A stretch of DNA of 64,000 nt from Myxococcota bacterium (GTDB taxonomy: Bacteria; Myxococcota_A; UBA9160; UBA4427): positions 5,376,001 to 5,440,000 of the forward strand of contig OZ252299.1 of assembly GCA_965250285.1 (NCBI GenBank), written 5' to 3'. Made by a program: the position numbers and the translations under genes. Within the stretch, counting starts at the first letter, position 1. Every line of letters begins with the position of its first letter. Shown here in pieces: positions 29,337 through 39,298 of this stretch. The notes beneath the pieces are model-generated. The model made no database searches. It was not told the origin of the DNA and was given only the letters and a program-made list of their open reading frames with translations.

Positions 29337-30683
29337 TCAGCTGCTGGCCGGCAGCTTGAACTCGGGCTTGCCCAGCACGATCTGACGCGCGCCGATGCGC
29401 CCGTTCTCGAACCCGCCCTCGCAGTAGCCGAGATAGAAGAGCCACATGCGCTGGAAGACCTCGGGATAGCCGAGTGCTTCGATCAGCTCGCGGTTCTCGA
29501 GAAAGCGTGACCGCCAGCGCCGCAGGGTCTCGGCATACGCCCAGGTCATGTCGAAGTCGTCGAGCAGCTGCATGTCGGTCCGTCGCGAGACGCAGTCTGC
29601 GATCACCGCCTTCGAGGGCAGGCAGCCGCCGGGAAAGATGTAGCGCCGGATGAAGTCGACGGTGTCGCGGGCCTGCTCGTAGTGTGCGTCGTCGATGGTG
29701 ATCGCCTGCAGACCCATGGCGCCATGGGGCTCGAGCAGACGCGAGCACTTCTCGAAGTACGTGTCGAAGTACTCGGCCCCCACCGCCTCGATCATCTCGA
29801 TCGAGACGAGCCGGTCGTAGCGGCCCTGCAGGTCGCGGTAGTCCTCGAGCACGAGGTCGATCTTCGAAGACAGGCCCGCGGCCGCGATGCGCTCGCGCGC
29901 GAGCTCGAGCTGCTCGACCGACAGGGTCGTTCCGGTGACCCGGCAGCCGTATTGGCCTGCGGCGTGCATCGCGAAGCCGCCCCAGCCACAGCCGACTTCG
30001 ACCACGTGATCGTGTTCGCTCAGGTCGAGCATGCGACAGAGCCGGTCGTACTTCGCGATCGACGCCTGCTCCATGGCCGTCGAGGGCGTTTCGAAGATGC
30101 CGCACGAGTACGTCATCGTTGGATCGAGGAAGGCCTCGAAGAAGTCGTTGCCGAGGTCGTAGTGGGCTTCGATGTTGCGTCGGCTGCCGCTGCGCGTGTT
30201 CTCGCGCGCCCGCTCCCAGAGGCGGCGCGCCCCCTTGGCGAGTCGCACCGCGACGCCGTCGAACTGCTGGCGCGCCTCTTCGTTGACGAGCAGGACGTTC
30301 ACGAGCAGCGCGAGGTCATCGCACGACCAGAGCCCCTCCATGTACGCCTCACCGGAGGCGAGGATGCCGCCGAGCGCGATCGAGGTGTAGAAGCGCGCGT
30401 CGTGCACCTCGATGGTCGCGACACCGGGCAGCTCGGGCGTCGCCCGGCCGAACGAGTGTGTCTGGCCGTGCTCGACGAGATCGATGCGCCCTTGCTCGAC
30501 CCCCGACAACACGCCCATCACGCCGCGCCGCGCTGCGTCGTCGACGAGCCCCGACACCACGCGGGAGAGGCGCCGGCCGAGCGGCGGGCGCACGGTGTCG
30601 AGGCGATGGATGGTCTCGGCCTCGGCACCGGTCTCGTCGGGCGTCGTCGGGCTGGGGCCCGTTCGAATCTCGGTCTCGCTCAA
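29337..30683 (-). CDS. cfa: Cyclopropane-fatty-acyl-phospholipid synthase family methyltransferase
   Basis: NIEAHYDLGNDFF, MTYSC, EVGCGWGG, SIEMIEAVG, FIRRYIFPGG; TTG start after GAGGAG (uncertain). Confidence 0.88.
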   Translation of the reverse strand: MSETEIRTGPSPTTPDETGAEAETIHRLDTVRPPLGRRLSRVVSGLVDDAARRGVMGVLSGVEQGRIDLVEHGQTHSFGRATPELPGVATIEVHDARFYTSIALGGILASGEAYMEGLWSCDDLALLVNVLLVNEEARQQFDGVAVRLAKGARRLWERARENTRSGSRRNIEAHYDLGNDFFEAFLDPTMTYSCGIFETPSTAMEQASIAKYDRLCRMLDLSEHDHVVEVGCGWGGFAMHAAGQYGCRVTGTTLSVEQLELARERIAAAGLSSKIDLVLEDYRDLQGRYDRLVSIEMIEAVGAEYFDTYFEKCSRLLEPHGAMGLQAITIDDAHYEQARDTVDFIRRYIFPGGCLPSKAVIADCVSRRTDMQLLDDFDMTWAYAETLRRWRSRFLENRELIEALGYPEVFQRMWLFYLGYCEGGFENGRIGARQIVLGKPEFKLPASS

Positions 30684-30951
30684 GCTCGCGCTCCTCGTCT
30701 TCTCTCGACTCAAGGTCACGACCGAAGCCCACGACCGAAGGGTCGTATGCGGGGCGTGTCGGCCAACCCCTCGTGGATGCCGGCGTCGGCTGCGCGGTCG
30801 CTCGCGCGCGCCGCCGCGATCCCCTGAAATTGAATCACACGCCCACTCTGCGAGCCACGCAGCGCTGGGCGGGTTTCGCTGCAATCGGCCGCATGCGGCA
30901 ACTGCTACTTTGATCGCGATGAATCGCGGCGAGCAGACGGGAGAACCGACG

Positions 30952-31806
30952 ATGATGCGGATCATGCGTGAGTCGAGCGTTCAGCGAGTTGTCCAGGTTC
31001 GACTGCGGCGCGTGTGCTGTCTGATGCTCGTGGTCGCGCTCTCGGGCGCCGTGGCGTGCGTCGGCTCGAAAGAGACAACCCCGCTCACCGTCGAGACCGG
31101 ACGCAACGCCCAGACGACCCACGACGGTCTCGTCCGCATGCGCGGCTCGGCCTTCGAAGGGGTCTGGGTCAAGCCGGGCGCCGACATCGACGGCTACACG
31201 AAGCTCATGATCGGGCCGGTGCGCATGAGCTACAAGCGCCCGCCGCGCGGGCGCAGCAGCCGCTCGACCCAGTACAACTTCGCGCTGACCCAGGGCCAGG
31301 CCGATCGGCTCGAGGAGCTGCTCGTCGAGGCGTTGTCGGCGCAGATCGAGCAATCGGAGCGGTGGACCCTGACGGACGAGCCCGGTCCCGACGTGCTCTT
31401 GATCGAGCCGTCGCTGCTCGATCTCGTCGTGAACACGCCGACGCAGCAGGAGCCGCGCCAGGTGACCTTCACGACGTCGACGGCGACGGTGACGATCGTG
31501 CTCGAGGTCTACGATTCGCAGTCGGGCGAGATCCTGGCGCGCATGGCCGATCGCAGCGAGGCGCGGCGGCCGGGCTCGGGCGCACAGCAGCTCTACTGGA
31601 GCAACCCGGTCAGCAACGTGCAGGCCGTCCGAACGATCTTCCGCCGCTGGTCGCGCATCTTCGTCGCGCGGCTCGACACCGCGTCGCGGCTCAGCGCCGA
31701 GCAGCGCGAAGCCGACGCCAAGAAGCCGAAGCAGGATGAAGAGGGCGAGACGGGCGATCAGGCGAGCGAAGCCGCCGGCGACGAAGCGCCGGCCTCCGCC
31801 GAGTAG
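30952..31806 (+). CDS. DUF3313-like lipoprotein
   Basis: Lipobox AVAC, THDGLVR, EVYDSQSGEILARMAD. Confidence 0.7.
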   Translation: MMRIMRESSVQRVVQVRLRRVCCLMLVVALSGAVACVGSKETTPLTVETGRNAQTTHDGLVRMRGSAFEGVWVKPGADIDGYTKLMIGPVRMSYKRPPRGRSSRSTQYNFALTQGQADRLEELLVEALSAQIEQSERWTLTDEPGPDVLLIEPSLLDLVVNTPTQQEPRQVTFTTSTATVTIVLEVYDSQSGEILARMADRSEARRPGSGAQQLYWSNPVSNVQAVRTIFRRWSRIFVARLDTASRLSAEQREADAKKPKQDEEGETGDQASEAAGDEAPASAE

Positions 31807-31827
31807 GGCGCGGCTTCAGCGCGCTCG

Positions 31828-33414
31828 CTAGATCGAGTGCTCCCACTTGAGGCCGAGGCCGACGTTCAAGCGGTCGGGGATGTTCACGTACTTGTTCGTG
31901 TCGGTGCGGATGCGCTCGCGGTCGAGACCTCCGCCGGCCGAGAGGTCGAGCCAGAAGCCCCAGAGCTTGAGGCCGACGCCACCGGTGAGCGCCCAGCCTT
32001 CGCGAATCTCGTCGACCGTGTTCTTGTAGGTGCCGAAGCGCAGCGCGAGCGCCGTCGGCTTGCCGATCGGGATCGTGTACTCGGTGCCGAGGCTGACCAT
32101 GCGCGACCGGAAGGGGTCGGGCGTGGGCGAGCGCTGGAGCTCGGGGTTGCGGTTCTTGGTCAGGTCGACGTCGAGGGCGAGGATCCAGCGCTCGATGGGC
32201 TCGAGCGCCATGCCCATGCGCACCTGGGGGCGCACCTTGATGTCGCCGAACGTCCCGCCGTCGAACTTCGGTGCGTTGACGTTGCGCGCGGCGATGCCGA
32301 TGCGCGCGAAGGGCAGCGGGCGGTACTCGATGCCGAGATCGAGGCCGAAGCGGTGGCTGATGCGGTTGTCGTCGAAGTCGGCGATATCGCCGAAGCCGCC
32401 GCTGCTGACGTCGTCATACCTCGCCGCCTTCACGAACGCGACGCCCATCATGTACTTCGCGGTGATGCCGACGCTGATCTTCCGGTCGAGCCAGCGCTCG
32501 AACCACGGCGACGGGATCGCGTAGCCGTACGAGACCCCGAACTCCTGGATCGAGAGACCCGCCGTCACGATGCCGCTTTCGTTGTCGGCGAATGAGTCGG
32601 CGTTCTCGACGCCCTCTGCGAGCTGCAGGATGATGTCCTGCACTTGGGGATCACTCGCGTCGACTTCGGGAGACTCGACGAAGATGTCGACGAAGACATC
32701 GGCGTTGTTCCCGCTCGTCGTGTTGCCGTTCCAGTAGCCGCCGACGTCGTTGCGGATGCGGTCCTTGAGTGCGGTTTGCTCCGTCGTGGACGCACCGCTC
32801 GCGTTGAGCAGCGTCGTCAGGTCACCCTGGTCGAGGCCGATCGCCGAGAGGTCGACGTTCGGAAAGACGTAGGCCGACGTGTTCGACAGCGCGCCGAACC
32901 CGAAGTTGCCCGAGTGGCCCATGAGGCCGAAGCCGATCTCGCCGTGCACCGACTGCGGCTCTTCGCCGAGCGCGTCGAAGTCGGCGAGCCAGTCGACCGC
33001 GGGCCCGATCACACCGTCGGTCAAGAAGCCCGGATCGCCGGCCTCGAGCAAGTCGATCGCCGCGTCGAGGTTGTCGGCGCGCACGGCGAGGTCGGAGACC
33101 TGCTCGATCAGCTCGTTCTCGACGCTGATGTTCGCGGTGGCCGGCAGCTGCACGTCCCACTCGCCGCGCTTCTTGTAGCCGAGCGCCGCCGGGTTCCAGT
33201 AGAAGGCGGTGCTGTCGTCGACCGTGGCGACGCCGGCGCCGCCCATGCCCTGGAACCGCGACCCGACGATGTTCCACTGCTGCGCGAACGCGGCGGGCGC
33301 GGCCAGGCCGAGCCCCAGCAGGGTCACGAGTGCGACACCCACGACCCGGCGCGGGCGGATCGATGCGATTCGCGGTGCGGCCGACGGGTCTGCGGGCATG
33401 GCGCGGTGGGACAT
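31828..33414 (-). CDS. TraF_2/FadL-like outer-membrane beta-barrel protein
   Basis: Signal peptide, GMGGAGVA..AFYWNPAAL plug motif, FGLDLG, amphipathic C-terminal strands. Confidence 0.75.
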   Translation of the reverse strand: MSHRAMPADPSAAPRIASIRPRRVVGVALVTLLGLGLAAPAAFAQQWNIVGSRFQGMGGAGVATVDDSTAFYWNPAALGYKKRGEWDVQLPATANISVENELIEQVSDLAVRADNLDAAIDLLEAGDPGFLTDGVIGPAVDWLADFDALGEEPQSVHGEIGFGLMGHSGNFGFGALSNTSAYVFPNVDLSAIGLDQGDLTTLLNASGASTTEQTALKDRIRNDVGGYWNGNTTSGNNADVFVDIFVESPEVDASDPQVQDIILQLAEGVENADSFADNESGIVTAGLSIQEFGVSYGYAIPSPWFERWLDRKISVGITAKYMMGVAFVKAARYDDVSSGGFGDIADFDDNRISHRFGLDLGIEYRPLPFARIGIAARNVNAPKFDGGTFGDIKVRPQVRMGMALEPIERWILALDVDLTKNRNPELQRSPTPDPFRSRMVSLGTEYTIPIGKPTALALRFGTYKNTVDEIREGWALTGGVGLKLWGFWLDLSAGGGLDRERIRTDTNKYVNIPDRLNVGLGLKWEHSI

Positions 33415-33677
33415 CGGTGACTCCGGGGGTCGAGGCCGGGCGCGGCGCGCACCCTGCGGCGGCTTCTTCCTTTATCGGCGGGAAGATAGGGGGCTTGAGC
33501 GGGCGCGGCTTGTCGACGCGCGCGTGCGTTGCAGTGAACGGGTGGGCGTGAGATCGTCGGGACCCGAGGGAGGTTCCGCACGAAGTGTCACGGGGGTGGC
33601 CGTCGATCGGTCGCCCGAGGGTGCGGGGCCCGCGGCCGGGGAGCCACCGAATGCGTGAGGATTCTCACGGAATTGCC

Positions 33678-34094
33678 ATGAGACGCGAAGCCGAGACACG
33701 CCCCGGCCGTCGCTGCGGGCGCGGGATCGGCGCGGTTGTGCTGACTCTCGCGCTGTCGTGTGCGAGTCACCAGACGATCGTCGTGTGGGAGAAGCCGGGT
33801 GCGACCGACGGTGAGCTCGAGGCGGCCCGGGCGACGTGTCTCGCCGAGCTCGACGCCATGCAGGACGCCCCGGGCGTGAACCGCATGCGCCTCGAGGCGG
33901 ACGCCACCGGAGGCTGCTTCGTCGCCTGCATGCGGCGCCATGGCTTCACGTGGCGCACCGTGCGGGTGAAGGAAGGCGAGCCGATCCCCGAGGCGTCGCC
34001 CGCGGCCGAGCCTCAGCCGCCGCTCGACGTGCCGCCGCCCGCCGACTGCGCGCCGGGCTCGGGGGGTTCGGACGTCTCGCGCGCCGGCTCGTAG
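33678..34094 (+). CDS. Hypothetical small lipoprotein
   Basis: Lipobox ALSC, WEKPGAT..C...CM..HGF pattern; 3' end overlaps convergent M48 gene. Confidence 0.6.
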   Translation: MRREAETRPGRRCGRGIGAVVLTLALSCASHQTIVVWEKPGATDGELEAARATCLAELDAMQDAPGVNRMRLEADATGGCFVACMRRHGFTWRTVRVKEGEPIPEASPAAEPQPPLDVPPPADCAPGSGGSDVSRAGS

Positions 34095-35542
34095 CGCGTC
34101 GCGCGGCCGATCTTCACGAGCTGCCCATCCTGCAGCCGGGCGTCGAGGAAGATCGAGTTGAGCACACCGGTCTCGGGCAGCGGCAGCGCGTTGCCCGTGC
34201 GCGCGCTCAGCGAGGCGAGCGTCTCCCCTCGCTGCGCCTCGACGACCTCGAGCTTCATCACCTTCACCTGGTCGCGCTCTTCGGCGTTGATGGCGCGGAA
34301 CGAACGCGCCGTCGACTGGAAGCGGCCCATCATCTTGTCGGCGACCGCGAAGGGCGCGACCGCGTTCATCTGGAACACCGTGCCCTCGAACGCGATGAAC
34401 GTGATCTGCACGCGCACGCCGTTGGCGCTGCCGTCCATGCGGAACGCATCGTAGGGGCCGATCTTCATCGGCATCATGCGTTCGACCTTGCCGCGCTGGG
34501 GCTTGAACTTCTCTTCGATGAACTTGCGACCGAGCGCCTCGGGGTCGTCGCCCGCCCCGGCGAACGTCAGGAACACCTGCGCATCGCCGCGCCGCGTGAC
34601 GCCCCCCACGGCTTCGGTGCTGTTCACCGGGAACCAGTCCTTCGGGATCTTGAACGTGAAGCCCATGTCGGGGTGCAAGAAGCGGCCATCGGGCAGGAAG
34701 ACGCCCTGGGCCGGATCGGGCCCCAGGATGAGCCCCTCCATCTTGCGGAGGAACCCGGCATGGTCGCCGGCCACCAGCGGGCCGCGCTGCCACTCGAGGG
34801 TGTCGGCGCGTTGTGCCGCGGTCGCCGCGCGCTCGGGGCTGCCCGGGTGGCTGTCGAACCAGGTCGGCATGCGCGACCAACCGATCTGCAGTCGCTCGCT
34901 CGCCGCGAGATCCTGCATGAACGTCGACATGCCGATCGGATCCCAGCCCGCCTTCGAGGCGATCGTCTGGCCGCCGCGGTCGGCGTCGCGCTCCTGGTTG
35001 CGGCCGTAGCTCGCGATCTGCGCGTAGCGCATGTAGCCCATCGAGAGCGGGTTGAGTCTGCGCGCCGCCTCCTGCTGACCCGCCGCGTGTCGCTCGGCCG
35101 AGTGCGTGATCTCGTGGCCGATCACGTTGGCCAGCTCGTCTTCGGTGTTCGCGAGCGTGAGCAGGCCGCGCGACACGTAGATGTGGCCCCCCGGCAGAGC
35201 GAAGGCGTTCGGCGCCGCCTGGTCGACGATCTGGAACGTGTAGTCGAAGGTGCGCTGTGGGGCGTAGGGCAGCATGCGCTTGCCAATCGCCTCGATGTAG
35301 GCCGTGAGCTCGGGATCCTTCACGATGCCCATCTGCGCTTCGATGGCCCGGGCGCTCTCGTCGCCGACCATCTCATCGTGGTACTCGGTGGTCAGCAGCA
35401 CCTGCTTGCGCCCGCCGCCCGATGAGCCGCCGCCGCACGAGAGCAGAGTCGCCACGCAGGCGAGCGCGATCCAGCCCGCCGGTGAGCGGCGGAGCAGGCG
35501 AGCCGGGGAGGCCTGGGGACGGGGACGGGGCTGGGCGGACAT
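34013..35542 (-). CDS. M48 family metalloprotease lipoprotein with C-terminal LysM-like region
   Basis: LLSC lipobox, PNAFALPGG, GHEITH, QERDAD, SHP. Confidence 0.9.
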   Translation of the reverse strand: MSAQPRPRPQASPARLLRRSPAGWIALACVATLLSCGGGSSGGGRKQVLLTTEYHDEMVGDESARAIEAQMGIVKDPELTAYIEAIGKRMLPYAPQRTFDYTFQIVDQAAPNAFALPGGHIYVSRGLLTLANTEDELANVIGHEITHSAERHAAGQQEAARRLNPLSMGYMRYAQIASYGRNQERDADRGGQTIASKAGWDPIGMSTFMQDLAASERLQIGWSRMPTWFDSHPGSPERAATAAQRADTLEWQRGPLVAGDHAGFLRKMEGLILGPDPAQGVFLPDGRFLHPDMGFTFKIPKDWFPVNSTEAVGGVTRRGDAQVFLTFAGAGDDPEALGRKFIEEKFKPQRGKVERMMPMKIGPYDAFRMDGSANGVRVQITFIAFEGTVFQMNAVAPFAVADKMMGRFQSTARSFRAINAEERDQVKVMKLEVVEAQRGETLASLSARTGNALPLPETGVLNSIFLDARLQDGQLVKIGRATRYEPARETSEPPEPGAQSAGGGTSSGG

Positions 35543-35851
35543 GCGCGCTCCGAGGCGATGGAAGGGGCGGATCTCCCGAAAGTGAAGCATCGAATCGAGG
35601 CCGCGCCAGCGCGGCGCCCGACGCCTTCCTATCGCCCGCACAGGCGGCGCGACGCGGGGCGAGTGGGGCCTGGCAGCGTGTAGAATGCCCGAGCGACGCG
35701 CGCCCCGAATCTCGACAATCGAGTCGGTGAGACACCCGCGGTGGGCCGATCGTTCGATCGGTCGACCGTCCGAGCCGGCCGATGCAGGGCGCGCGAGACC
35801 GCACGGGACCAGACCGCACCCAGACAGGGCGCAGGGAGAGAGGCGAACGCA

Positions 35852-36967
35852 ATGGCGGGCGACACGACAGACACGACGGCGGACGATGGACGCACCGTGA
35901 AGGGCATCGCCGCCGAGGCCCTCGATGCCTGGTTCGATGCGCACATCGACGGTGCGAAGGCGCCGCTGCGCTTCTCGCTGATCGCGGGGGGGCATTCAAA
36001 CCTGACGTATCGGGTCGAGGACGCCGCCGGGCAGGTCTTCGTGTTGCGCCGCCCGCCGACGGGGGCGGTGATCGCGACGGCCCACGACATGGCGCGCGAG
36101 CACCGCATCATCGCCGCGCTCGCCGACACCGCCGTGCCGGTGCCGCCCGCGCTCGGGCTGTGCGAAGACGACTCGGTCAACGACGCGCCCTTCTATGTCA
36201 TGGGCTACGTCGATGGCGTGGTGCTGACCGATCCGGCCCAGACCGAGGCGGCGATCCCGGCCTCGAACCGCGCGAAGCTCGGCGACGATGTCGTGCGGGT
36301 GCTGGCCGCCCTGCACGCGATCTCGCCCGACGACGTCGGCCTCGGCGATCTCGGCCGCAAAGAGGCCTACCTCGATCGGCAGCTCAAGCGCTGGCGCGGC
36401 CAGTGGGAGAAGACGAAGACCCGCGAGCTCGACTCGATGGAGACGGTCTACGAGGGGCTGCTGCGGCTGAAGCCCGAGCAGGTCGGCGCGGGCATCGTGC
36501 ACGGTGACTACCGCCTGGGCAACATGCTCGTCTCGCCCGAGGGTCAGGTGAAGGCCGTGCTCGATTGGGAGCTCTGCACGCTCGGCGATCCGATGGCCGA
36601 CCTCGGCTACGTGATGAACAACTGGGCCGATGCCGGCGAAGCCGACGACGACATGCAGGGGGCGGCGACGTTCCCGACGGCGTGCGGCGGGTTCCCGACG
36701 CGGCGCGCTTTCATCGACGCATACGAGTCGGCGACCGGGCGCGACACCACTCAGATCGACTACTACCGCGCGTTTCAGTACTGGCGCCTCGCGGCGATCG
36801 TCGAGGGCGTGCTCGCCCGCTACCTGAAGGGCGTCATGGGCAACGCGGCCAACACCGACCTGTTCCGGAAGCAGGTCGATGGGCTCGCGCAGTCGGCGGT
36901 CGATCTGCTCGAACAGCTCGAAGCCCGCGGCGAGCGCCGGGCGCCCACCGAGCCGGGAGCGAGATGA
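35852..36967 (+). CDS. Phosphotransferase (APH/ACAD10-like kinase) family
   Basis: GGHSNLTY, VLRRPP, AHDMARE, HGDYRLGN, VLDWEL. Confidence 0.9.
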   Translation: MAGDTTDTTADDGRTVKGIAAEALDAWFDAHIDGAKAPLRFSLIAGGHSNLTYRVEDAAGQVFVLRRPPTGAVIATAHDMAREHRIIAALADTAVPVPPALGLCEDDSVNDAPFYVMGYVDGVVLTDPAQTEAAIPASNRAKLGDDVVRVLAALHAISPDDVGLGDLGRKEAYLDRQLKRWRGQWEKTKTRELDSMETVYEGLLRLKPEQVGAGIVHGDYRLGNMLVSPEGQVKAVLDWELCTLGDPMADLGYVMNNWADAGEADDDMQGAATFPTACGGFPTRRAFIDAYESATGRDTTQIDYYRAFQYWRLAAIVEGVLARYLKGVMGNAANTDLFRKQVDGLAQSAVDLLEQLEARGERRAPTEPGAR

Positions 36968-37476
36968 AGCGACTCATCGTGATGCGGCACGCCACGACCG
37001 CGCCGACGGCGCCCGGCGGCGACATCGAGCGTGCCCTGACGGCCGAGGGGCACGCCGAGGCCGAACGCATCGGGGCCTGGCTCGCCGAGCAGGGGCACGT
37101 GCCCGACACCGCGCTGTGTTCGACGGCGCGGCGCGTGCGTGAGACCTGGGCTGGCGTCGAAAAGGGGCTCGGCGTGTCGCCGCCTGCGCGCTTCGCTCGC
37201 GTCGTCTACGCGGCGAGCGCCCGCGAGCTGCGGCTCGAGGTCAGCGAGCTCGAAGACCGGTTCGCGACGGCGATGCTCGTCGCCCACAACCCGTCGGTCA
37301 CTCAGCTGACATTCGATCTGACCGAGCGCGTCGATGCCCCGGGCCGCGAGCGCCTGCGCGCGGGGTTTCGGCCCGCGACCGTGGCGGTGCTCGACGTGGC
37401 CGGCGACGCGTTCGCCGATCTCGCCGACCGCGGCGCGCGGCTCGTCGACTTCGTGTCGGCGCACGAGCTCGACTGA
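36964..37476 (+). CDS. sixA: SixA-like phosphohistidine phosphatase
   Basis: MKRLIVMRHA, STARRVRET, LVAHNP; ATGA overlap. Confidence 0.82.
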   Translation: MKRLIVMRHATTAPTAPGGDIERALTAEGHAEAERIGAWLAEQGHVPDTALCSTARRVRETWAGVEKGLGVSPPARFARVVYAASARELRLEVSELEDRFATAMLVAHNPSVTQLTFDLTERVDAPGRERLRAGFRPATVAVLDVAGDAFADLADRGARLVDFVSAHELD

Positions 37477-37491
37477 GCGAGGCATCGACCC

Positions 37492-37917
37492 GTGGCCCGA
37501 GACGACACGCGCGACGACCCGTGGTGGCAGGGGGGCCTGCGCTTCGAGTGCACGCAGTGCGGTCATTGCTGTCGCGGCAGTGGTCGCGTCGAGGTGAGCG
37601 ACGTCGAGATCGAACGGCTCGCGCAGCGCGTCGAGCTCACGCCCGACGCCTTTCGTGAGGTCTACACGCGGGCGGGCCGCAAGGGCCGCATCGATCTGCG
37701 CGACAAGGCGGGCGGCGACTGTGTGTTCTTCGACGAGGCGCGCGGCTGCACGGTCTACGAGGATCGCCCGTCGCAGTGCCGCACGTATCCCTTCTGGCGA
37801 TCGGTGCTCTACGACCGCGACAGCTGGGACGTCGAGGCCGGGCACTGCGAGGGGATCGGGCGGGGCGAAGTGGTCTCGGGCGAGACGATCCGTGCGCTGC
37901 TCGATCGTCGCCGCTGA
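37492..37917 (+). CDS. YkgJ family cysteine-cluster protein
   Basis: FECTQCGHCC, CVFF, CTVYEDRPSQCRTYPFW, CEG. Confidence 0.9.
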   Translation: MARDDTRDDPWWQGGLRFECTQCGHCCRGSGRVEVSDVEIERLAQRVELTPDAFREVYTRAGRKGRIDLRDKAGGDCVFFDEARGCTVYEDRPSQCRTYPFWRSVLYDRDSWDVEAGHCEGIGRGEVVSGETIRALLDRRR

Positions 37918-37926
37918 GAGCGCGCC

Positions 37927-38976
37927 CTAGAGGTTCTTCGCGGCCTTCTTCACATCGATGAAGCCGTCGCGTGAGAAGCTGCACGCGAGCTCGGGCCGTT
38001 CGCTCATGATGCGCGCGAACTCGAGGTCGAGGTCGTCGGTCGGGAGCAGCCGCTCGAAGTCACCGGCGCGCTCGAGCACGTCGCGGCCCTCGTCGATGGC
38101 CTCGGCGCGATCCTTCTCGGTACCGAGGCAGAGCAGCACGGCGCCGAGCTCGACCTGGTAGTCGACGCGCTTCGGATGCAGCGCGACGGCGTTCTTCGCG
38201 TCTTCGACCGCGCGCTCCTTGTCGCCGCTCACGCCGACGAGCAGCCGCAGCCAGATCGACTCGGGCACCATGCGGTTGAAGACGGCGCTCGCGTAGTAGA
38301 GGTTGCCGAGGGTCGAGTTGTGCTGGCCCTCGGTTCGGGTCGGCTTCAGCTCGATGCCCTTGTTCAGCAGCTTGTTCATCGTGCGTGCGTTGCGCGCCGC
38401 CGAGAGCAGGCCGCGGGTCGTGACCAGTCGGCCGAGCGACGCGTAGCGCCAGAGCATGCACTCGGCGCAGCGCGGGTCGCGCTCGATGCCGAGCTGGGCG
38501 AGGGCGTCGGCGCGGTCGAGATAGGCGCTGCGCGTGTCCATCTCGGTCTCGGGCACGAGATCGGAGGCGCGCCACCAGGCCCGGGCCGCGCGCCAGGCCG
38601 GATAGGCCGCGTCGGGCACCCGCTCGGTGAGGGTCTCGAACCCCTGGGCCGCCTCTTCGAATTCGGTTTCGAGCTCGTGCTGGTGGGCTTCGAGGAGCAG
38701 CGCCATCAGCTCGTCGCGCTGATCGGCCGGGGCCAGGGTCTCGAGCCATGCGGTGTCGGGCTCGACGATCTCGGTCAGGTCGTTCAGGTGGCGGGGCTTG
38801 TCGCGATAGGCGCTGATGCCGGGGGTCGGCGCGTCGCCGACGCGCTCGAGGAACTGCCCCGACGACTTCGGCGGCGCGCTCTCGCCGTCGCCGGCGTTCT
38901 CGTCGATCGCGAACGCGGGCACGGCCCACGTCGCGAGTGCGAGGACGAACAGCCAGGCGCCAGGGTGGCGGAGCAT
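37927..38976 (-). CDS. Exported TPR-like helical protein (TatT/RMD-like)
   Basis: Signal peptide, helical repeats, DPRCAEC; resembles 57351-58244. Confidence 0.6.
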   Translation of the reverse strand: MLRHPGAWLFVLALATWAVPAFAIDENAGDGESAPPKSSGQFLERVGDAPTPGISAYRDKPRHLNDLTEIVEPDTAWLETLAPADQRDELMALLLEAHQHELETEFEEAAQGFETLTERVPDAAYPAWRAARAWWRASDLVPETEMDTRSAYLDRADALAQLGIERDPRCAECMLWRYASLGRLVTTRGLLSAARNARTMNKLLNKGIELKPTRTEGQHNSTLGNLYYASAVFNRMVPESIWLRLLVGVSGDKERAVEDAKNAVALHPKRVDYQVELGAVLLCLGTEKDRAEAIDEGRDVLERAGDFERLLPTDDLDLEFARIMSERPELACSFSRDGFIDVKKAAKNL

Positions 38977-39298
38977 GAGCAGCCCCAGGACGACGGATGG
39001 GGGACGAAGCACGTCGCCGAGCGCTGCGCCGAGGCCGGCCCGGCAGCCAGCCGCTCGGTGCCCGTGCGTTCGACGCACTGCGCGGGCAAGTCCATCGAAA
39101 CATCGCCGCGCGCAGCCAAACCATCATACTCGAACGCCGTTGGCGTCGCATCGCAGGTCGCTCGACCGCCGCGCCGCCGTCCAGCAGAGCCCGCGTCCAG
39201 GCCCTATCGTGGACAGTCATGTCGCGATCCCCTTCATGTCCGTCGCCTCGCGAGCGCGCGGCCGAGTCGACTCACCTCGACCGGCAGGTGCACCCCGT

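Noticed and set aside
31828..33414. Conjugative element
   Set aside because: No other transfer genes, relaxase or integrase; flanks are ordinary chromosomal genes
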